Below, piece after piece: positions 58,947 through 64,000 of a stretch of DNA of 64,000 nt. The notes under the pieces are model-generated. The model did not search any database. It was not told where the DNA came from and worked only from the letters and a program-made list of their open reading frames with translations. Positions within the stretch are counted from its first letter, which is position 1. Every line of letters begins with the position of its first letter. The stretch lies in NCBI GenBank assembly GCA_963822445.1, contig CAWGHO010000003.1, positions 896,001 to 960,000 on the forward strand. Direction: 5' to 3'. This DNA comes from an uncultured Acidobacteriota bacterium (GTDB taxonomy: Bacteria > Acidobacteriota > Thermoanaerobaculia > Gp7-AA8). The translations under genes were made by a program, and so were the position numbers.

Positions 58947-61105
58947 TGGGTTCCCCGGCGAGATCGGTCGCGCTGATCGTCCTCGGCCTCGCGCTGGCCG
59001 CCTGCCGCGGCGACGACAAATTGCCGCCGCCCGCGGCCGGCACGCCGGTCTTCATCATCTCCATCGATACGCTGCGGTCGGATCACCTTCCGGCCTACGG
59101 ATACAAAGGCGTCGAAACGCCGCGGATCGATGCTTTTCGCGACGACGCCGTGCTCTACGAGCGGGCCTACTCGCACACGCCGCTGACCCTGCCTTCGCAT
59201 GCGTCGATCCTCACCGGCGCTCTTCCGGCGGATCACGGGATCCGCGACAACACCGGCTACCGTCTCGGCGCGAAAGTCCGCACCGCCGGCGAGATTCTCG
59301 GTGAGCGGGGATACGCGACCGGGGCCGTGGTTTCGTCGTTCGTGCTGCGCCGGCAGACCGGAATCGATCGCGGCTTTCAATTCTTCGATGACGAGGTCGC
59401 GCCGCTCAATCCGCAGAACCGCCAGATCGGTGCGATTCAGCGCGACGGCGCCGAAACGGTGCAGGTGGCGACGTCGTGGATCGAGAAGCAGACCAGGCCG
59501 GTCTTCTTTCTCCTCCATCTGTACGAGCCGCACATGCCGTACACGCCGCCGGAGCCGTATCGCAGCCGCTACGCGAATCACTACGACGGCGAGATCGCCC
59601 GCGCGGACGAGATCGTCGGGACGTTTCTCGATGCGCTCAAAAGCCGCGGTCTTTACGATCGTTCGCTGATCATCCTGCTCTCCGACCACGGCGAAGGACT
59701 CAACGACCACGGCGAGGTGGAGCACGGCACGTTTCTTTATCGCGAGGCCATCCAGGTTCCGCTGCTGGTGAAGTTCCCCGACTCGAAATTCAGCGGGACG
59801 TCGGTTGCCGCGCCGGTGCAGCTCATCGACGTCGTTCCCACCATCCTCGATCGCGCCGGCATACCGTCCACGGGCACGCCTGCCGGGCGCTCGCTGGCGA
59901 GCTTCCTGGTCGAGAAGAAACCGGAATGGCGCAAGGTCTACAGCGAAAGCTATTACCCGCGCTTCCACTTCGGCTGGGCCGATCAGCATTCCCTGATCGA
60001 CGGGCGCCATCACTACATTCACTCGACGAAATCCGAACTGTTCGACCTGGAGAAAGACCCTGCCGAGAAGGCGAACGTGCTGGAAGCGGATCGACGCACG
60101 TTCTTCGCGATGAAGTCCGCCATCGAGCCGCTGGTGAAGGAGGCGTCGGCGCCGGCGCCGGTTGGTTCCGAGGAAGCGGCGAAGCTGGCGGCTCTGGGCT
60201 ATCTCGGATCGACAGTGCAAACCAAGCCCGGTGAAACGCTGCCGGATCCGAAGGACAACATCCATCTCGCGACGAGCTCCAACGAGGCCTTCGCGAAATA
60301 TCACCAGCGCCAGTACGCCGAAGCTCTGGTCGTGATCGAGCGGCTGCTCGCGGAGAACCCGCGCATCCTCGATCTGTGGGACCTCAAATCGAAGACCCTC
60401 GCGCGCATGGGGCGTCTCGAGGAAGCGGTCACGGCGGCGAAAGAAGGATTGCGGCTCTCGCCGAACGCGACGCACCTGGCCATCGACGTCGCCACGCTGC
60501 AGATCGATCTCGCCAATTACGACGACGCTGAAAAGCACGCTGAGCTCGCGCTGGCGACTGACCCGGCCCAGGCCCACGACCTGATCGCGAGAGTCTGGAT
60601 CGCCCGAAAAAATACGGATCGCGCGGAAGCGGAAGCGAAGAAAGCGATGAGTGCGAGCGACCGCGTCGCGCCGCTGATCACCATGGCCCTCGTGCGGCGC
60701 GAGCAGGGGCAGCATGAGGAAGCGCTGAAGCTTCTCGAGCAGGCCGTCGAGAAAAAACAGAAGCGGGAAGAGATCGCCTCGCTGTACTTCCTGCGCGGGG
60801 ACATGCGCGCGCGTCTGGGACGTGCCGAGGAGGCGGAGCGGGATTTCCGGCGTGAGATCGAGCTCTTCCCGGAAAGTCCGCAGGCCTACCGCAATCTCGC
60901 GCTGCTGCTCGTCGCGGACGGACGGATCGAGGAAGCGACGGCGCTGATTCGCAAGCTCATTGCCGAGGCGCCTTTTCCTGGTTCGTACCACACCGTTTGT
61001 CAGATTCTCGACACGGTCGGCGATCAACGCGGCGTGCGCTATTGGGCGCGGCGCGGGCTGGCTCAGTTCCCTGAAGACAGGACGTTGCGGCGGCTGGCGT
61101 CATGA
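58943..61105 (+). CDS. sulfatase-like (alkaline phosphatase superfamily) lipoprotein with TPRs
   Basis: LAAC lipobox; DTLRSD, TLPSHASILTG, HLYEPH, SDHGE; C-terminal TPRs. Confidence 0.88.
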   Translation: MMGSPARSVALIVLGLALAACRGDDKLPPPAAGTPVFIISIDTLRSDHLPAYGYKGVETPRIDAFRDDAVLYERAYSHTPLTLPSHASILTGALPADHGIRDNTGYRLGAKVRTAGEILGERGYATGAVVSSFVLRRQTGIDRGFQFFDDEVAPLNPQNRQIGAIQRDGAETVQVATSWIEKQTRPVFFLLHLYEPHMPYTPPEPYRSRYANHYDGEIARADEIVGTFLDALKSRGLYDRSLIILLSDHGEGLNDHGEVEHGTFLYREAIQVPLLVKFPDSKFSGTSVAAPVQLIDVVPTILDRAGIPSTGTPAGRSLASFLVEKKPEWRKVYSESYYPRFHFGWADQHSLIDGRHHYIHSTKSELFDLEKDPAEKANVLEADRRTFFAMKSAIEPLVKEASAPAPVGSEEAAKLAALGYLGSTVQTKPGETLPDPKDNIHLATSSNEAFAKYHQRQYAEALVVIERLLAENPRILDLWDLKSKTLARMGRLEEAVTAAKEGLRLSPNATHLAIDVATLQIDLANYDDAEKHAELALATDPAQAHDLIARVWIARKNTDRAEAEAKKAMSASDRVAPLITMALVRREQGQHEEALKLLEQAVEKKQKREEIASLYFLRGDMRARLGRAEEAERDFRREIELFPESPQAYRNLALLLVADGRIEEATALIRKLIAEAPFPGSYHTVCQILDTVGDQRGVRYWARRGLAQFPEDRTLRRLAS

Positions 61106-63180
61106 AAAAGCGCGCGGTCATCGCCGTTGCGCTCATCGTCGTCGCCGTGGCGGCGTTCTTCGTGCTGCGGCGTGGCGCCGTCGGTGTCGCGGCACTCGGC
61201 TCGAAACAGCCGGACATCATTCTGGTCACGATCGACACCCTCCGCGCCGACGGCATCAGCTTCACCGGCAGCAAGCGGGTGAGCACGCCCTTTCTCGACG
61301 AGCTGGCGCGCGGCGGCGTGTACTACCGCAACGCCCACGCGCATAACGTGGTCACGCTGCCGTCGCACTCGAACATCCTCACCGGCCTCCTGCCGTATCA
61401 GCACGGCGTGCGCGAAAACGCCGGTTTCGTGCTCGACCCGAAGCACAAGACCGTGGCGGCGCTGCTCAAGGAGAAGGGATACGCGACCGGGGCATTCGTC
61501 GCCGCGTTTCCGCTCGACGCTCGTTTCGGTTTAGGCGCCGGCTTCGACGTTTACGACGACGAGTATCCCGAGGCGACGAAGCCGACGGCGTTCGTCGTGC
61601 CGGAGCGCGGCGCATCGGAAGTCTTCGCCGCCGCGCAGCAATGGTTCGACTCGGTCACCGACCGCGGCCGCTTCCTGTGGGTGCACGTGTACGAGCCGCA
61701 CGCGCCGTACAACCCGCCCTCGCCGTATCGGGAGAAGTACAAAGACAATCCTTACTACGGCGAGATCGCCGCGCTCGACGAAGTCCTCGGCGGTTTCCTT
61801 CGCCCGATCCTCGAAAAGAATCCGAACACGCTGCTCATCGTCACCGCCGATCACGGCGAGGGGATGAGCGAGCATGGCGAGATCACCCACGGCGTCTTCG
61901 CCTACGAGGAGACGCTGCACGTTCCGCTGATCGTTCACGAGAAGGGCCGCGTCGCGCCGCGGGTCGAGCAGAGCTATGTCCGGCACGTCGACATCGTCCC
62001 GACGATCCTCGAGCGCGCCGGACTCGAAAAGCCGAAGGAGCTCCTGGGCGAGTCATTGCTGCGGATCGAAAAGGAGCGCGACACCTACTTCGAAGCGCTC
62101 ACCGCGAACATCAACCTCGGCTGGGCGCCGCTCATCGGCATGATTCACGGCGGCCACAAGTACATCGAGCTTCCACTCCCCGAGCTCTACGACCTCGGCG
62201 CCGATCCGCGGGAGAAGAAGAACATCCTCACCGACAACCGGCGGATGACCACGCGCATCCGCTCGATGCTGGCCAGTGCCGCGCCTGCGGCGGGCCCGAT
62301 CGAGCGCAATCTCTCGCCGGAAGAAGCGCGCAAGCTGCTCAGTCTCGGATACCTGGCCGGCACCGCCGCGGCCAAAAAGGAGTACACCGAGCGCGACGAT
62401 CCGAAGAACGTCGTCCATCTCTACACGATCATGATGGATGCGATCGCGAAGTATCAGCAGGGCGACCTCGAGGAGTCGATGCGCATCGCCCGGACGGTGA
62501 TCGCCGAGCGCGCGGAGATGGCCATGGCCCGCGACTTCCTCGCCTTCGTCCTGCAGGAGAGCGAAAAAGGGGCGGAAGCGGAAGGCGTCATCCGCGAGGC
62601 GATGGCCGCGGGCACCGCGACCGACGCCATGCGCAAGCGCCTCGGCCTGCTGCTCAGCGAAAGCGGTCGCCCCGAAGAGGCGGTGAAGGTTCTCGCGGAG
62701 TTCTCCGGGTCGCGCGACCCCGATCTGCTCAATGCCTACGGAATCGCGCTCGCGGACATGGGCCGCTTTCCCGCGGCCATCCAGCAGTTCGAGAGCGCCT
62801 TGCGGATCGATCGGACGAACGCGACGGCCTATCAGAACCTCGGCGTGGTCGCCTTGCGCGTGAACGATCTCGCCCGGGCCGAGCAGTATCTCGGCCGCGC
62901 CCTTCAGCTCAATGCGCAGATGCCGCTGGCCCTGAACTCGATGGGGGTGGTCTACGCCCGCCGCAATGATTTGCCGCGCGCGCTGGAGTCCTGGAAGCGG
63001 GCTGTGGCGGTCGATCCGAAGCAATATGACGCTTTGTTCAACATTGGGCTCGTCGCCGGCAACGCGGGCCGGTACGATGAGTCCCGCCAAGCCTTAGAAC
63101 AGTTCGTAAAAACCGCGCCGAAAGAGCGGTACGCGCAGGACATCGCCCGCGCGCGTTCCGCGCTCCAGGCGTTGCCTTGA
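61102..63180 (+). CDS. sulfatase-like protein with TPRs (paralog)
   Basis: N-terminal TM; DTLRAD, TLPSHSNILTG, HVYEPH, ADHGE; TPRs. Confidence 0.88.
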   Translation: MKKRAVIAVALIVVAVAAFFVLRRGAVGVAALGSKQPDIILVTIDTLRADGISFTGSKRVSTPFLDELARGGVYYRNAHAHNVVTLPSHSNILTGLLPYQHGVRENAGFVLDPKHKTVAALLKEKGYATGAFVAAFPLDARFGLGAGFDVYDDEYPEATKPTAFVVPERGASEVFAAAQQWFDSVTDRGRFLWVHVYEPHAPYNPPSPYREKYKDNPYYGEIAALDEVLGGFLRPILEKNPNTLLIVTADHGEGMSEHGEITHGVFAYEETLHVPLIVHEKGRVAPRVEQSYVRHVDIVPTILERAGLEKPKELLGESLLRIEKERDTYFEALTANINLGWAPLIGMIHGGHKYIELPLPELYDLGADPREKKNILTDNRRMTTRIRSMLASAAPAAGPIERNLSPEEARKLLSLGYLAGTAAAKKEYTERDDPKNVVHLYTIMMDAIAKYQQGDLEESMRIARTVIAERAEMAMARDFLAFVLQESEKGAEAEGVIREAMAAGTATDAMRKRLGLLLSESGRPEEAVKVLAEFSGSRDPDLLNAYGIALADMGRFPAAIQQFESALRIDRTNATAYQNLGVVALRVNDLARAEQYLGRALQLNAQMPLALNSMGVVYARRNDLPRALESWKRAVAVDPKQYDALFNIGLVAGNAGRYDESRQALEQFVKTAPKERYAQDIARARSALQALP

Positions 63181-63200
63181 CGGATCCCAAGGAGAACCCG

Positions 63201-64000
63201 ATGAACACGAGACGCATGCTGAGCATCCTGTTGACCATCGCCGTGGCCGCGCCCGTTCTCGCGCAGCGTGTCGGCGAGGCCGTGCAGGTCACCGTCGTCG
63301 AAGTCCCGGTCACGGTCGCCGACCGCGAAGGGAAGTCGGTCGCCGGTCTCACCGCGGAGAACTTCGAGCTGTATGACGAAGGGAAGCGCGTGCCGATCGA
63401 GTACTTCGACGTTCTCGATCTCTCCTCAACGTCGACGGTCAACGTGGACGTGCCCGCCGAAGCACTTCCTCCCGCCGCGACGCGTCACTTCCTGCTGATG
63501 TTCGACATCGCCAACTCATCGCCGGGCACGATCGGCCGCGCGCGCGAGGCCGCACGCACATTCGTCACGAGGGATCTCGGCCCGCGCGATCTCGCCGCGG
63601 TGGCCACGTTCACAGTCGAAGCGGGCGCGCGGATGGTCACCAACTTCACGAGGGACCGGCGCCTGCTGACGAGTGCGATCGAGACGCTCGGCCATCCGAA
63701 GTTCTTCAAGGTCGCCGATCCGCTGATGATCTCCGCCAACACCAGCGGCGGCGGGTCGGACGGCGGCCCGGGCGCGGGCATCGATGCCGACGCGATCTTC
63801 GCCGAGCTCACCCAGGACCAGCAGCGGCTCGCGAAATCGGCACATGACAACGAAATGCGCAATCGCCTGCGCATCCAGTTCTCGAACATGGGCAAGGTCG
63901 CGCGCGCGCTCGATCGCCTGCGCGGCCAGAAGCAGATCGTGCTGTTGTCGGAAGGCTTCGATTCGCGTCTCGTTCAGGGACGCGAGGTTCTCGGAGCAGA
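63201..64000 (+). CDS. Acidobacterial-type VWA domain protein, N-terminal part (runs off window)
   Basis: AGGAG RBS; signal peptide; VEVPVTVADREGKSVAGLTAENFELYDEG; FLLMFD; GQKQIVLLSEGF. Confidence 0.85.
   Translation, partial: MNTRRMLSILLTIAVAAPVLAQRVGEAVQVTVVEVPVTVADREGKSVAGLTAENFELYDEGKRVPIEYFDVLDLSSTSTVNVDVPAEALPPAATRHFLLMFDIANSSPGTIGRAREAARTFVTRDLGPRDLAAVATFTVEAGARMVTNFTRDRRLLTSAIETLGHPKFFKVADPLMISANTSGGGSDGGPGAGIDADAIFAELTQDQQRLAKSAHDNEMRNRLRIQFSNMGKVARALDRLRGQKQIVLLSEGFDSRLVQGREVLGA

Overview
High-GC bacterial chromosome segment. The Acidobacterial-type VWA protein, Oar-like TonB receptor, sulfatase-TPR proteins and the C-terminal FTD..KAxH..ELR repeat suggest Acidobacteriota, probably Thermoanaerobaculia (inference). 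It carries about 57 CDS: two MacAB-like export loci, several peptidases (zincin, M49, M16 pair, a 2252-aa S8/FG-GAP protein), hisS, hutH, egtD, ispH, a polyprenyl synthase and an ECF sigma/anti-sigma unit. It also has tRNA-His, tRNA-Phe, a c-di-AMP (ydaO/yuaA) riboswitch and many REP-like and heptamer/octamer inverted repeats. No CRISPR array, integrase, transposase or phage gene was seen. Single-base frameshifts at ~21-31 kb and ~55.3-55.8 kb also hit the essential hisS and are most likely sequencing errors. Most notable observations: (1) a tRNA-His lacking G-1/C73 (G1-U72, A73) directly upstream of an alphaproteobacterial-type HisRS coupled to hutH; (2) a 1.7-kb two-gene insert flanked by two diverged copies of the 3' end of the M49 peptidase gene; (3) a chemoreceptor fused to a predicted cytoplasmic family-5 solute-binding domain; (4) a c-di-AMP riboswitch upstream of a mosaic TonB receptor, followed by Thr-nucleophile 'sulfatases'; (5) five short-tandem inverted-repeat hairpin loci with different repeat units.
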